Shown piece by piece: positions 20,237 through 30,887 of a DNA stretch of 64,000 nt. The first letter of the stretch is position 1. Every line of letters starts with the position of its first letter. This DNA comes from Sphingobium ummariense RL-3 (GTDB lineage: Bacteria; Pseudomonadota; Alphaproteobacteria; Sphingomonadales; Sphingomonadaceae): contig NZ_AUWY01000019.1 of the NCBI RefSeq assembly GCF_000447205.1, positions 46,440 through 110,439 of the forward strand, given 5' to 3'. The position numbers and the translations under genes are program-made. The notes under the pieces are model-generated. The model was not told the origin of the DNA, ran no database searches, and saw only the letters and a program-made list of their open reading frames with translations.

Positions 20237-21468
20237 CGGTCACACTCCCCGAACACGATATCCATCGCGCCCAGCACGGCGGTTGTGTCGGCCAACATGT
20301 GACCCTTCATCATGAAGTCCATCGCCTGCAAATGCGAGAAGGCCGTGGGCCGGATCTTGCAGCGATAGGGCTTGTTGCTGCCGTCAGCGACCAGATAGAC
20401 GCCGAATTCGCCCTTGGGGCTTTCTGTCGCCACATAGACCTCACCGGCGGGCACGTGGAAGCCCTCGGTGTAGAGCTTGAAGTGGTGGATCAGCGCTTCC
20501 ATCGATCGCTTCATCTCGCCGCGTTTTGGCGGCACCACCTTGCGGTCGAAGCTGGCGATCGGCCCTTCCGGCATTTCGTTCAGGCACTGCTTCATGATCC
20601 GCGCGGACTGGCGGACTTCCTCGACACGCACCATGAACCGGTCGTAGCAGTCGAAATTGGTGCCGACCGGGACGTCGAAGTCCATCCGGTCATAGACATC
20701 ATAGGGCTGCGCCTTGCGGATATCCCACGGAATACCCGACCCACGGATCATCGGGCCGGAAAAGCCCCATTTCAGCGCGTCTTCCTTGGAGACCACGGCG
20801 ATGTCGACATTGCGCTGCTTGAAGATGCGGTTGTCCGCAACCAGCGAAATCGCATCCTCGAACAGGCGCGGCAGGCGCGTGTCGAGCCAGTCGGCGATGT
20901 CGGTCAGCAGCTTCAGCGGCACGTCCTGATGCACCCCGCCCGGCCGGAAATAGGCGCTGTGCATCCGCGCGCCCGACGCGCGCTCGAAGAAGTTGAGGCA
21001 GTCCTCGCGGATTTCGAACAGCCACAGGTTCGGCGTCATCGCGCCCACGTCCATCACATGCGACCCGAGGTTCAGCATGTGGTTGCAGATGCGGGTCAGC
21101 TCCGCGAAGAACACGCGCAGATATTGCGCGCGCAGCGGCACTTCCAGGTTCAGCAGCTTCTCGACCGCCAGAACGTAGCTATGCTCCATGCCGAGCGGCG
21201 AACAATAGTCGAGCCGGTCGAAATAGGGCAAAGCCTGCAAATAGGTCTTGTACTCGATCAGCTTCTCGGTGCCGCGATGCAGCAGCCCGACATGCGGGTC
21301 GCAGCGCTCGACGATCTCGCCGTCCAGCTCCATGACGAGACGCAGCACGCCATGCGCCGCCGGATGCTGCGGACCGAAGTTGATCGTGTAGTTCTGGATC
21401 TCCGTATCGCCGTACGTCGGATCGTCGGCGTTGATCTCATGATCCAGCTTTTCGAGATAGTCAGACAT
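20233..21468 (-). CDS. nuoD: NADH-quinone oxidoreductase subunit D (49-kDa)
   Basis: 411 aa with [16 protein letters not shown] and a C-terminal quinone-site region. Confidence 0.95.
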   Translation of the reverse strand: MSDYLEKLDHEINADDPTYGDTEIQNYTINFGPQHPAAHGVLRLVMELDGEIVERCDPHVGLLHRGTEKLIEYKTYLQALPYFDRLDYCSPLGMEHSYVLAVEKLLNLEVPLRAQYLRVFFAELTRICNHMLNLGSHVMDVGAMTPNLWLFEIREDCLNFFERASGARMHSAYFRPGGVHQDVPLKLLTDIADWLDTRLPRLFEDAISLVADNRIFKQRNVDIAVVSKEDALKWGFSGPMIRGSGIPWDIRKAQPYDVYDRMDFDVPVGTNFDCYDRFMVRVEEVRQSARIMKQCLNEMPEGPIASFDRKVVPPKRGEMKRSMEALIHHFKLYTEGFHVPAGEVYVATESPKGEFGVYLVADGSNKPYRCKIRPTAFSHLQAMDFMMKGHMLADTTAVLGAMDIVFGECDR

Positions 21469-21493
21469 GCTTCACCATCCGGGCACATACTGC

Positions 21494-21569
21494 CGTCATC
21501 CCAGCGAAAGCTGGGATCTCACTGCCTGCAACGGCAGCGCGAAGGAAAAGAGAGATGCCAGCTTCCGCT
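21494..21569. repeat. Family A double-hairpin repeat (copy A3) between nuoD and nuoC
   Basis: cgtcatcccagcgaaagctgggatc tcactgcc ... gaaggaaaagagagat gccagcttccgctggcatgacgg. Confidence 0.8.
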
Positions 21570-21594
21570 GGCATGACGGAAGAGAGGAAACAGC

Positions 21595-22443
21595 TCATGC
21601 CTTGTCCTCCGGCTTGGCCGTGCCCTTGCCTTCGTCGGTATGCGCCTCGGGCTTGGCCGGGGCATTGTCCGACTTCTCCGTCGCCTTGCTGTCGGTCGGC
21701 TCGCCCGCGCCGCTGACGCCGGGCTTCTCGGTGACCTTGGGCGTGCTCCCCTTCTCCTCGCCCTTGGGCGCGGCGGGCGGCGGTGGCGGTGCGGCGGCGG
21801 GCGTGGGCGCGCCGGGCGCAGCCGGTGCTTTCTCGTCGCCCGGCAGCACATATTGCGCGCCTTCCCACGGGCTCATGAAGTCGAAGCTGCGGAAATCCTG
21901 CGCGAGCCGCACGGGCTCATAGACGACGCGCTTGTCCTCCTCGGAATAGCGCAGCTCGACATAGCCGGTCAGCGGGAAGTCCTTGCGCTGCGGATGCCCC
22001 TTGAAACCATAGTCGGTCAGGATGCGGCGCAGGTCGGCATTGCCTTCGAAGATCACGCCGTACATGTCGAACACCTCGCGCTCCAGCCAGCCGGCGACCG
22101 GCCAGATGTGCGTCACGGTGGGGACGGGCCTATCCTCGTCGGTCTGCACCTTCACGCGCACGCGGTGGTTCCGCGTGACGCTCAGCAGGTGATAGCAGAC
22201 CTCGAACCGCTCGGGGCGGTCGGGATAGTCGACGCCGGCGATCTCCATCAGCTGCTGGTACTGCGCCCGGTCGCGCAGCAGCAGCATCGCGTCGGCCAGG
22301 CTTTCGCGAACGACGGTGAAGCTCAGCTCGTCGGCATGGTCGACGGTCTCGACCAGCATGGCGCCCAGCAGGCCGCCGATTTCCTCGGCGATGCCGTCAA
22401 TGGTCGCAATCTTCGGTGCGGAATGACCCATATCAGCGCTCAA
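21595..22443 (-). CDS. nuoC: NADH-quinone oxidoreductase subunit C (30-kDa) with an approximately 80-aa Pro/Ala/Lys/Glu-rich low-complexity C-terminal tail
   Basis: NuoC core ([24 protein letters not shown]...) followed by [26 protein letters not shown]...KPEDKA. Confidence 0.9.
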   Translation of the reverse strand: MSADMGHSAPKIATIDGIAEEIGGLLGAMLVETVDHADELSFTVVRESLADAMLLLRDRAQYQQLMEIAGVDYPDRPERFEVCYHLLSVTRNHRVRVKVQTDEDRPVPTVTHIWPVAGWLEREVFDMYGVIFEGNADLRRILTDYGFKGHPQRKDFPLTGYVELRYSEEDKRVVYEPVRLAQDFRSFDFMSPWEGAQYVLPGDEKAPAAPGAPTPAAAPPPPPAAPKGEEKGSTPKVTEKPGVSGAGEPTDSKATEKSDNAPAKPEAHTDEGKGTAKPEDKA

Positions 22444-22963
22444 TCGTCCCGATCCGGCGGATCTTCCGCTGCAACTGCATCACGCCGTACAGCAGCGCTT
22501 CGGCAGTGGGCGGGCAACCCGGCACATAGATGTCCACCGGCACGATCCGGTCGCAGCCCCGCACTACCGAATAGCTGTAGTGATAATAGCCGCCGCCATT
22601 GGCGCAGGAGCCCATGGAAATCACATATTTCGGTTCCGACATCTGGTCGTAAACCTTGCGCAACGCCGGGGCCATCTTGTTGCACAGCGTGCCCGCGACG
22701 ATCATCACGTCGCTCTGGCGCGGCGATGCGCGTGGCGCGGCACCGAAGCGCTCCATGTCGTAACGCGGCATGTTGACGTGGATCATCTCCACCGCGCAGC
22801 AGGCGAGGCCGAAGGTCATCCACCACAGCGAACCCGTGCGCGCCCACTGGAACAGCTCCTCGGTCGAGGTGACGAGGAAACCCTTGTCGCTGACCTCGCT
22901 GTTCAGCGCATTGAAGAAATCCTGGTCGGGCTGCGTCCCAGCGGGCGGCAAGGTGCCGGGCAT
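22433..22963 (-). CDS. nuoB: NADH-quinone oxidoreductase subunit B (20-kDa, N2 cluster)
   Basis: CCAVEM...[35 protein letters not shown] motifs. Start taken at MPGTLPPAG (22963). The track ORF is over-extended through nuoA. Confidence 0.9.
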   Translation of the reverse strand: MPGTLPPAGTQPDQDFFNALNSEVSDKGFLVTSTEELFQWARTGSLWWMTFGLACCAVEMIHVNMPRYDMERFGAAPRASPRQSDVMIVAGTLCNKMAPALRKVYDQMSEPKYVISMGSCANGGGYYHYSYSVVRGCDRIVPVDIYVPGCPPTAEALLYGVMQLQRKIRRIGTIER

Positions 22964-22977
22964 CGGACGGTCGAGTT

Positions 22978-23352
22978 CTACTCCCAATCGAGGGCTCCCT
23001 TCTTCCAGGCATAGACGAGGCCGAGAACCAGCTCCGCTATGAAGATCATCATCGTCGCCCAGCCGGCCCAGCCGATCTGGTCGAGGCTGACCGCCCAGGG
23101 ATAGAGGAACGCCGCTTCCAGGTCGAAGATGATGAACAGGATCGCGACGAGGTAGAAGCGCACGTCGAACTGGCTGCGCGGCTCCTCGAAGGCGGGGAAG
23201 CCGCATTCATATTCGCTGAGCTTGGCCGGGTCGGGCTTGTGAGCGCCCGTCAGGCGGCCGACCAGCATCGGCAGGAACACGAAGGCGCTCGACAGCAGCA
23301 GCGCTACCCCGAGAAAGATCAGGATCGGCAGATATTGGGCAAGATCGACCAA
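22978..23352 (-). CDS. nuoA: NADH-quinone oxidoreductase subunit A
   Basis: 124-aa ND3/NuoA membrane protein; first gene of the operon. Confidence 0.9.
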   Translation of the reverse strand: MVDLAQYLPILIFLGVALLLSSAFVFLPMLVGRLTGAHKPDPAKLSEYECGFPAFEEPRSQFDVRFYLVAILFIIFDLEAAFLYPWAVSLDQIGWAGWATMMIFIAELVLGLVYAWKKGALDWE

Positions 23353-23481
23353 CGGAATCCCCTGGGCGAAAAGAGGTACGGGGGCGCTTTAGGCCCGCTG
23401 CATATGCGAAGCAAGGGGCCGAGATGTGAGAATGATTCGCAACAATCACATGGGTTTGTGCGCGCTACCAGAAGCGCGCGC

Positions 23482-24297
23482 TCAGCGCAGCGCTCCGGCC
23501 ACCAGCTTGTGCAGCTTGGAATGGATAGCGTCGTTGCCGGCGATCACTTCGCGCCGCTCGATCGGCTGGTCGCCACCCCGGAAATCGGTGACGAAACCGC
23601 CCGCTTCACGCACCAGCAGCATGCCTGCGGCGACGTCCCACGGGTGCAGGCCGCTTTCCCAATAGCCATCATATCGGCCCGACGCGACATGGGCGAGGTC
23701 CAGCGCCGCCGCGCCGAAGCGGCGGATGCCCGCGACCGAGGGGCCGACGGCACCGAAGATGCGGGTCCACTGGGCGAAGTCGCCATGGCCCATGAACGGA
23801 ATCCCGGTCGCGATCAGGCAATCGCCCAGGTCACGGCGCGCGGACACGCGCAGCCGCTGGTCGTGCCGCCAGGCGCCCCGGGTCTTTTCCGCCCAATAGC
23901 TCTCGTCCGTGACCGGCTGGTAAACCAGGCCCGTCGTCACCTCGCGCTTCGTCCCGCCCAGCAGCGGCTCCTCGACCGCAATGGAGATGGCGAAATGCGG
24001 GATGCCGTGCAGGAAGTTGCTGGTGCCGTCGAGCGGATCGATGATCCAGCGCGGCTTGGTCGGATCGCCCTCGATGACGCCGCCTTCCTCCAGCAGGAAT
24101 CCCCAGTCGGGCCGCGCCTTCTGCAGTTCCTCGACCAGGGTCTTCTCGGCCTGCTGGTCGGCCTTGGACACGAAGTCGGCCGGCCCCTTGCGGCTGACCT
24201 GCAGATGCTCGACCTCGCCGAAGTCGCGGCGCAGCTTGGCGCCCGCCTTGCGCGCGGCGCGCTCCATGATGGTCAGAAGGCCGGAATGGGATACCAT
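23482..24297 (-). CDS. suhB: Inositol monophosphatase family protein (SuhB-like)
   Basis: WIIDPLDGTSNFLHGIP and FGAVGPSVAGIRRFGAAALDLAHVASGRYDGYWE motifs. Start taken at MVSHSGLL (24297). Confidence 0.8.
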   Translation of the reverse strand: MVSHSGLLTIMERAARKAGAKLRRDFGEVEHLQVSRKGPADFVSKADQQAEKTLVEELQKARPDWGFLLEEGGVIEGDPTKPRWIIDPLDGTSNFLHGIPHFAISIAVEEPLLGGTKREVTTGLVYQPVTDESYWAEKTRGAWRHDQRLRVSARRDLGDCLIATGIPFMGHGDFAQWTRIFGAVGPSVAGIRRFGAAALDLAHVASGRYDGYWESGLHPWDVAAGMLLVREAGGFVTDFRGGDQPIERREVIAGNDAIHSKLHKLVAGALR

Positions 24298-24334
24298 AGC
24301 TAATCTCCGCCGTCCGCGGGGGACGGCCCGTTCG

Positions 24335-24703
24335 TTATTTCTTGGGAGCCGGCTTGGCCGCGGGCGCGGCGGGCCGGTAGCCGCACACGCCGGCAATCAC
24401 CGCCAGCATCTGCGATACGTCCTTGCGGTCGACCTTGCCCGGGTTGGCGGCGATCACCTTGTCGGTCGCCTCGCTCACCTTCGACACCGGGTTGGCGTAC
24501 AGGCATTCGAACAGCGCGTTCTTCACCGGCTGCTCGACCTCGTTCGACTGGAGCGCGCTGGTGATGACCCGCAACACGAACGCCGCATTGTCGATCTGCG
24601 CCTTGCTCGGCCGGGTCTGCGGCGCGGCCTGCGCGTGCAGCGCAGCCGGAAGGAGTGCGATCGCGAGGATCGCGGCCCCCGCCCTGCCGCGCCCGGTCCG
24701 CAT
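24335..24703 (-). CDS. Hypothetical secreted protein (122 aa, signal peptide, Ala/Pro/Lys C-terminal tail)
   Basis: ORF whose start overlaps the efp stop by 1 nt. No known motif. Confidence 0.4.
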   Translation of the reverse strand: MRTGRGRAGAAILAIALLPAALHAQAAPQTRPSKAQIDNAAFVLRVITSALQSNEVEQPVKNALFECLYANPVSKVSEATDKVIAANPGKVDRKDVSQMLAVIAGVCGYRPAAPAAKPAPKK

Positions 24704-25266
24704 CAGTCGGCCCGCTTCACATATTCGCGCTCGTACACGTCGACGACGATGCGCGTGCCGGTGACGATGTGCGGGGGAACCATGACGCGCACGCCATTGT
24801 CCAGGATCGCGGGCTTGTAGCTGGCCGAAGCGGTCTGGCCCTTCACCACGGCGTCGGCCTCGACCACGGTCGCCTCGACCGTCTCGGGCAGCTGCACGCT
24901 GATCGGGCGCTCCTCGTACATTTCCAGCATGACCATCATGCCGTCCTGCAGGAAGGCCGCGGCGTCGCCGACCAGGTCCTGCGGCAGGTTGATCTGCTCA
25001 TAGGTCTCGGTGTCCATGAAGACGAGCATGTCGCCTTCGGCATAGAGGTACTGGAAATCCTTGGTGTCCAGGCGGATGCGCTCGACGGTCTCGGCGGACC
25101 GGAAACGGACGTTGTTCTTGCGGCCGTCGATCAGGTTCTTCAGTTCCACCTGCATATAGGCGCCGCCCTTGCCGGGCTGGGTGTGCTGGATCTTGACGGC
25201 GCGCCACAGGCTGCCTTCATATTCGATGTTGTTGCCGGGACGAATGTCCACGCCGCTGATCTTCAT
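24703..25266 (-). CDS. efp: Elongation factor P
   Basis: 187-aa EF-P ([21 protein letters not shown]...KPAILDNG). Confidence 0.9.
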   Translation of the reverse strand: MKISGVDIRPGNNIEYEGSLWRAVKIQHTQPGKGGAYMQVELKNLIDGRKNNVRFRSAETVERIRLDTKDFQYLYAEGDMLVFMDTETYEQINLPQDLVGDAAAFLQDGMMVMLEMYEERPISVQLPETVEATVVEADAVVKGQTASASYKPAILDNGVRVMVPPHIVTGTRIVVDVYEREYVKRAD

Positions 25267-25371
25267 GGGAAGCGCCTGCCTGTATATCTCTGGATAGAAA
25301 AGAGCCGTCCCGGCCAGGGCCGGGCTGCGCGCGCCTCTACATCCTGCGGGCCGGAAGGGCAAGAGGGGGCC

Positions 25372-25944
25372 TCAGCGCGCCCGCGCCAGCAGCGGATAGG
25401 GATTGACCGGCGAGCCCCGATACCAGGGCTCGCCCGGCTGCATGGCATGAACCGCGAAATGCAGGTGCGGGGCGGCCGGATCGGCGTTGCCGGTGCTGCC
25501 CACGCTCGCGATCCTGGTGCCGCGCCGCACCCCCTGCCCCTCGCGCAGGCCGGGGGCATAGCCGTCCAGATGGGCGTAATAATAGACGCGCCGGCCGTCG
25601 GCCGATCGCTGATAGATGGTCCGCCCGCCCTCCTCGCTCCAGAACAGCTTCTCGATCCGCCCGTCCGCCGCCGCCAGCACCGGCCTGCCCCGCGCCGCGA
25701 TGATGTCGATGGCGTCATGCGCCCGCGCGCCGGCCGCGCGCGACTGGGTGAAGGTGTCGGCCAGCGCGCTCGCCGGCACGCCCTCGACGGGGATCAGCAG
25801 CTCGCCATTGTCGACGGCACGGCTACCCGGCGCCGGTGCCGTCGCGACCGGCGCATCGGCCGGCACGAACCGCACGCAGAAGCGCAGGAAGGCGATGCAC
25901 AGCAGCGCCGCGAGCGCCAGCCATGCCCAGCCGCGCCGTCCCAT
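25372..25944 (-). CDS. M23 family metallopeptidase (LytM-like) with N-terminal membrane anchor
   Basis: HLDGY...GSTGNADPAAPHLHFAVH motifs (HxxxD and HxH). Confidence 0.8.
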   Translation of the reverse strand: MGRRGWAWLALAALLCIAFLRFCVRFVPADAPVATAPAPGSRAVDNGELLIPVEGVPASALADTFTQSRAAGARAHDAIDIIAARGRPVLAAADGRIEKLFWSEEGGRTIYQRSADGRRVYYYAHLDGYAPGLREGQGVRRGTRIASVGSTGNADPAAPHLHFAVHAMQPGEPWYRGSPVNPYPLLARAR

Positions 25945-25946
25945 CG

Positions 25947-27038
25947 TCACGCCTGGAAGTGCGCCTTGACGCCGGTCTTCACCATCTGCGCCAGCCGTGC
26001 CGCATCCCAGTTGGTCAGCCGGATGCAGCCATGGCTTTCCGTCCGGCCGATCAGCTGCGGCTCGGGCGTGCCGTGGATGCCGTAATGCGGCTTCGACAGG
26101 TCGATCCACACCACGCCCACCGGCCCGTTCGGTCCCGGCTTCAGCAGCGCCTTCTTGTCGTCCTTGTCCGCGTCCCAGAACAGATCGGGATTATAATGGA
26201 AATCCGGATTGCGGCTGACGCCCTTGATCGTCCAGTCGCCCAGCGGCAGCGGATCATGCTCCGACCCCATGGTGGCGGAAAACTGCGCGATCAGCCGGTT
26301 TTCCGCGTCGAAGACCTTCAGCACGCCCTCGGACTTGTCGACGACGATGTGGTCGGCCTGCAGCTGGTCCTTCGCCACGCCAAGGCTCGCCAGCGTCTCG
26401 CCCCAGCCGCGCTCATCGCCCTCGATCCGCGCGACCGGCTGGTTGTCGATCGCCGGCACGCGGATCACGGCGCCCGGCCCGACCTTCGTGTCCGGGCGGT
26501 TGAGCGCCACCAGCGCCTCGGGCGTGGTATGAAACCGCTCGGCCAGCTTCTCCAGCAGGTTGCGATAGGTCAGCGCCGGCAGCCCCGCCTGCTGGTTCAG
26601 ATCCTTGGGCACGTCGTAGAACGGCCCCCGAGCGAAGCCCTCGGGAACGCGTACCAGCCACGTCGTCGGCCGTGCCTCCCCCTCCAGCAGCGCAACGCCG
26701 GTCTTCTGGTCATATTCGCCCGTCACCGGCAGCCCGTTCGCCTCTTGGAAGCCGCGCAGCGCCGCCTTGAAGGACATGCCGTCCTTCCCGTCCAACACGC
26801 CGGGCGAAAAGCCCGCCCGGTCGAGCGCCACCTGCGCCTGGAGGATGCGATTGGGCTGCCACGGCCTGCCGCCGAGTTCCTCCACCACCGCGAAGGCGTA
26901 GGGGTCAGGCGATGCGGGGCCTGCAGCTTCATTCCTGGCCGACGGTTGCTCCGAATTCGCGCTCTCATTGGCATCGGTGACGTTCACGCTGCACGCCGTG
27001 CACAGCAGGGCGGCAAGAATGGAAGGCATGGCTTTCAT
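25947..27038 (-). CDS. L,D-transpeptidase (YkuD domain) lipoprotein with a peptidoglycan-binding domain
   Basis: Lipobox AALLCTAC. Putative PG-binding repeat LDRAGFSPGVLDGKDGMSFKAALRGFQEANGLPVTGEYD. Catalytic HGCIRL motif near the C-terminus. Confidence 0.8.
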   Translation of the reverse strand: MKAMPSILAALLCTACSVNVTDANESANSEQPSARNEAAGPASPDPYAFAVVEELGGRPWQPNRILQAQVALDRAGFSPGVLDGKDGMSFKAALRGFQEANGLPVTGEYDQKTGVALLEGEARPTTWLVRVPEGFARGPFYDVPKDLNQQAGLPALTYRNLLEKLAERFHTTPEALVALNRPDTKVGPGAVIRVPAIDNQPVARIEGDERGWGETLASLGVAKDQLQADHIVVDKSEGVLKVFDAENRLIAQFSATMGSEHDPLPLGDWTIKGVSRNPDFHYNPDLFWDADKDDKKALLKPGPNGPVGVVWIDLSKPHYGIHGTPEPQLIGRTESHGCIRLTNWDAARLAQMVKTGVKAHFQA

Positions 27039-27139
27039 GCCTTTCGAACGCACATGCCCGGAAAATGTGCCGCATGCCGACGTTGCTCTTCCGCCTCGCG
27101 TCACCTAATCGCACGGTCGCAATGAGGGAGGACTCGATC

Positions 27140-28177
27140 ATGGTCTCGGGGAAACGGCTTTTCATCCTCCTTGCGGCGCTTTTCTGCATCATGCCCGCGA
27201 CGGCCCGGCCGGATCAACCGGATGCCGGCCTTCTCGCGCGATGGGATGATGACCCGCACAAGGATTTGCGCGCCGTCATCGTCCTTCGCGGTGGCCGGAT
27301 CGTTGCGGAACGCTATTTCAATAGCGAGACCGCGGACACGCTTCACGACATTCGCTCCGCGGGCAAGAGCGTGACCGCGTTGCTCGCCGGCATCGCCATC
27401 GATCGCGGGGCGATCTCCCGCGTGGAAGACAGGCTCGCGACCTACTGGCCAGTATCGCGCGGAAGCCCGGTAGGGGACGTGCCGCTGCAGGACATTCTGA
27501 CGATGCGCTCCGGCCTCGACGCGTTCGACGAGGATCCCGCGTCGCCCGGCAACGAGGATCGGATGGACGAAGCGCCCGATCCCTCCGCCTTCCTGCGCGC
27601 CATCCCGGCATCGGGCAAACCGGGACTCGACTATCGCTACAATTCTGCGACCGCCTATGCGGCAGGGATCATGATCGCGGAGGCCACGGGCGAGCCGATG
27701 GCCACCTTTGCCGGCCGGACACTGTTCAGGCCGCTAGGCATCAACCGCTGGAAATGGGACGCGGACGCCTCCGGCTATACCAAGGGACAGGGCAACCTGT
27801 ACCTGACCGCGCGCGACCTCGGTCGGATCGGGGAGATGGTGCGGAACGGCGGCCGCCATCGGGGAAAGCAGATCGTCAGTGCCCAGTGGATCGCGCAGAT
27901 GCTGATGCCCCGGGTCGCCATCGCCCAGGCCGATCCCTATGCCGATAGCTATGGCTATTTCTGGTATGTAAAGGACTGGCAGATCGGCGGCCGCACGCTT
28001 CGCATATCCTTCGCGTCGGGCAATGGCGGCAACAAGATTTACATCGCCCCAGACCTCGGACTGGTTGTTGCCATCACCTCAAGCGCCTACGGCCACGGCT
28101 ACGGCCAGCGGCGCTCGCAGGACATATTGGAAGCGATATTGAAGGCGGAGATCGACAAGCGTCTCTCTCCCCTCTGA
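27140..28177 (+). CDS. Serine hydrolase of the beta-lactamase/transpeptidase-like family (class C-like SxxK)
   Basis: SAGKS (SxxK) motif and signal peptide. Strong SD (gggagga) precedes the ATG at 27140. Confidence 0.7.
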   Translation: MVSGKRLFILLAALFCIMPATARPDQPDAGLLARWDDDPHKDLRAVIVLRGGRIVAERYFNSETADTLHDIRSAGKSVTALLAGIAIDRGAISRVEDRLATYWPVSRGSPVGDVPLQDILTMRSGLDAFDEDPASPGNEDRMDEAPDPSAFLRAIPASGKPGLDYRYNSATAYAAGIMIAEATGEPMATFAGRTLFRPLGINRWKWDADASGYTKGQGNLYLTARDLGRIGEMVRNGGRHRGKQIVSAQWIAQMLMPRVAIAQADPYADSYGYFWYVKDWQIGGRTLRISFASGNGGNKIYIAPDLGLVVAITSSAYGHGYGQRRSQDILEAILKAEIDKRLSPL

Positions 28178-28181
28178 CCGT

Positions 28182-28868
28182 TCAGCCCAGCACCGCTCCG
28201 AACGCCGCCACCCCGGCCTTCGGGCCGTCAGGATGGTTCCACACCGCCCCGCTCACCGCCAGGAAATCGGCGCCTGCCGCCACCAGCGGCGCGGCATTCT
28301 GCGGCGTGATGCCACCGATCGCGACACAGGGCAGCTCGAACAGCGTCGTCCACCAGCTCAGGATCGACGGGTCGGGCCGATGCGTCGTTTCCTTGGTGGC
28401 GGTGGGGTAGAAGGCGCCGAAGGCGACATAGTCGGCCCCGGCCTCCCCCGCCTCCATCGCCAGGTGCCGGCTGTCATGGCAGGTGACGCCGATCTGCACC
28501 TTGGGCCCCAGCACCTTCCGGGCCTCGCGCGGGTCGCCGTCGCCCTGCCCCAGGTGCACGCCGTCCGCCCCCAGCCGCTTGGCAAGGCCGATGCTGTCGT
28601 TGACGATGAACGCGACCTCCCGCTCCGCGCACAGCGCCTGGATCGGCCCGGCGAGCGCAGCGATGGCGTGGTCGTCGATCCCCTTGAGCCGGAGCTGGAA
28701 GGCGGCGACCCTGCCGCCGTCGAACGCCTCCGCCAGCCGATCGACGAAATCCTCGCCGATCGAGGGCGGAGATATCAGGTAAAGCTGGCAGGCCGGGCGG
28801 AAGCCCCTGTCGAACTGGTCGGCGAAATGCGGGTCCAGCGCCAGCTCTTCTTCGGTGAAATCGGTCAT
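28182..28868 (-). CDS. thiE: Thiamine-phosphate synthase
   Basis: 228 aa with typical ThiE TIM-barrel motifs (LYLISP, VQLR-like, GADGVHLGQ). Confidence 0.8.
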   Translation of the reverse strand: MTDFTEEELALDPHFADQFDRGFRPACQLYLISPPSIGEDFVDRLAEAFDGGRVAAFQLRLKGIDDHAIAALAGPIQALCAEREVAFIVNDSIGLAKRLGADGVHLGQGDGDPREARKVLGPKVQIGVTCHDSRHLAMEAGEAGADYVAFGAFYPTATKETTHRPDPSILSWWTTLFELPCVAIGGITPQNAAPLVAAGADFLAVSGAVWNHPDGPKAGVAAFGAVLG

Positions 28869-28951
28869 GGCAGCGCTCTACCCGCTTTTGCCCCGGGAGG
28901 AAAAGGGGAAGCAGCGCCGGACCTTCCCGCCACGACGCGCGTTCCCGCGTC

Positions 28952-29674
28952 ATGATCCGCATCGGCTGCTCGGGATGGAATTACCGCGACTGGCGCGGCC
29001 GCTTCTACCCGCAGGATCTCGCGGCGAAAAACTGGTTCACCTTCTACGCCCGGCATTTCGACACGGTGGAAATCAACAACAGCTTCTACCGCCTGCCGCC
29101 GCCTGCAACGGTCGAAAAATGGCGGGATCAGGCGCCGCCCGGCTTCTGCTATGCCGTGAAGGCCAACCGCTTCCTCACCCACGTCAAGAAGCTGAAGGAC
29201 TGCGCCGAACCCATGGAGCGCATGATGGCGAGCTTCCGCCATTTCCCGCCGACGCTGGGGCCGATCCTCTACCAGCTTCCGCCCAACCTCCATCGCGATC
29301 TCGCCGGGCTGGAGGATTTCCTGCCCCTCCTGCCGCACGACGCCGTCCCTATCTTCGAATTCCGCCATCCCAGCTGGTATGACGATGCGGTTTATGCCCT
29401 GCTCGACCGGCACGGGGCGGGCATCTGCACCCACGACATGCCGGGATCGCCCAGCCCACGCCTTGCACTGGGTCCGGCCGCCTATGTCCGCTTTCATGGC
29501 AGCACCAGCAAATATCGCGGCCGCTATCCCGACGCCACGCTACGCGGCTGGGCGGACTGGATGAAGGAGCAGGCCGGCGCAGGACGCGCTGTCTGGGGCT
29601 ATTTCAACAACGACTATGACGCCCAGGCCATAGAAGATGCCCGGCGGCTGAGGGACATGGCGGGGGCGGAATAG
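28952..29674 (+). CDS. DUF72 (YecE-like) family protein
   Basis: MIRIGCSGWNYRDWRGRFYP N-terminus characteristic of DUF72. Confidence 0.7.
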   Translation: MIRIGCSGWNYRDWRGRFYPQDLAAKNWFTFYARHFDTVEINNSFYRLPPPATVEKWRDQAPPGFCYAVKANRFLTHVKKLKDCAEPMERMMASFRHFPPTLGPILYQLPPNLHRDLAGLEDFLPLLPHDAVPIFEFRHPSWYDDAVYALLDRHGAGICTHDMPGSPSPRLALGPAAYVRFHGSTSKYRGRYPDATLRGWADWMKEQAGAGRAVWGYFNNDYDAQAIEDARRLRDMAGAE

Positions 29675-29693
29675 CCGTCCCCGCCGTCCGTCA

Positions 29694-30605
29694 TCAGGCG
29701 GCGACCGGCGCCTTGGCGGTCGAAGCCTGGTAGATCTCCTCGATCGCGTCGCCCAGCGACGCGTCGAATTCCTCGTCGGTCATCTGGTGGCGCAGGTCCT
29801 CCAGCAGCGCGCGGCTGAAGCTGGCGATGATGCCCTTGTTCTTCGCCAGCTCGACGCAGGCTTCGGGCCGCTTGAAGCCGCCCGACAGCGCGACGACGCG
29901 CAGCACGCGCGGATGCTCGACCAGCGGGTCGAACAGGCCCGGATTGGCCGGCAGCGACAGCTTCAGCATCACCTTGTCGTCGCCCGGCATCGCATCGAGC
30001 GCCTTGAGCAGCTCGTCGAGCAGGATGGCGTCGGCCTCCGCGCGCTCGGGGCTCTTGATGTTGACCTCGGGCTCGATGATGGGGACCAGCCCGGCGGCCA
30101 GCACCTGCTGCCCCACCTCGAACTGCTGCTTCACGATCGCGGCGATGCCCTCGCGATTGGCGAGGTTGACGACCGAGCGCTCCTTGGTGCCGAACACGCC
30201 CAGCCCCTTGGCGCGCTTCAGCAGGGCGTCCAGCTCCGGCATCGGCTTCATCAGCTGCACGCCGTTCGCCTCGTCCTCCAGCCCCTTGTCGATCTTGATG
30301 AAGGGCACCACGCCCCGCTCGATCAGCGCCTGGGGCACCGGCTTGCCCTCGGCCTCGCCGTCCATGGTGCGCTCGAACAGGATCGCGCCGATCACCTTGT
30401 CACCGGTGAAGGCGGGCGAGGTGATGATGCGCACGCGCATGTCGTGGATCAGGCCGAACATCTCCTCGTCGGATCCCCACGCGCCTTCCTCGACGCCATA
30501 TCCCTTCAGCGCCTTGGGCGTCGACCCGCCGCTCTGGTCGAGCGCCGCGATAAAGCCGTCGCCTTCCGCGATCTTCTTCGTCATGTCCTGATCCAGCATC
30601 TGCAC
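29694..30605 (-). CDS. fba: Fructose-bisphosphate aldolase, class I
   Basis: 303 aa showing the class I FBA pattern (ALDQSGGSTPKAL...). Confidence 0.75.
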   Translation of the reverse strand: MQMLDQDMTKKIAEGDGFIAALDQSGGSTPKALKGYGVEEGAWGSDEEMFGLIHDMRVRIITSPAFTGDKVIGAILFERTMDGEAEGKPVPQALIERGVVPFIKIDKGLEDEANGVQLMKPMPELDALLKRAKGLGVFGTKERSVVNLANREGIAAIVKQQFEVGQQVLAAGLVPIIEPEVNIKSPERAEADAILLDELLKALDAMPGDDKVMLKLSLPANPGLFDPLVEHPRVLRVVALSGGFKRPEACVELAKNKGIIASFSRALLEDLRHQMTDEEFDASLGDAIEEIYQASTAKAPVAA

Positions 30606-30887
30606 ATACCTTCTCTGTTATGCGCCGCCCCTCCGGCAGCGGTGATTTTCGGCAGGGGCGATCCTTGTCGCCGCGCTTGCCCGTATGGCGCGCAGGAACG
30701 GGCGAGGCCGCAAGCCGCTATCCCCTGTTTCCAACACCCTTCGGCTGTTAGCCAGTCCCATGACGCACCGCAAGAAACATCGCGGGACCGGGCCGACCGG
30801 CCGTTCTGCAAGAGCGGCGATCCAAGGGGCATTGGCGGACGCGCCGCCCGTTGCTATTTGTTGCGGGGGCATCATCCGGGGGAAGGC

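Noticed and set aside
23353-23481. CRP/FNR binding site upstream of nuoA.
   Set aside because: The TGTGA/TCACA half-sites are separated by 16 bp rather than 6 bp, so it does not fit the CRP/FNR consensus. Kept only as a low-interest inverted repeat.
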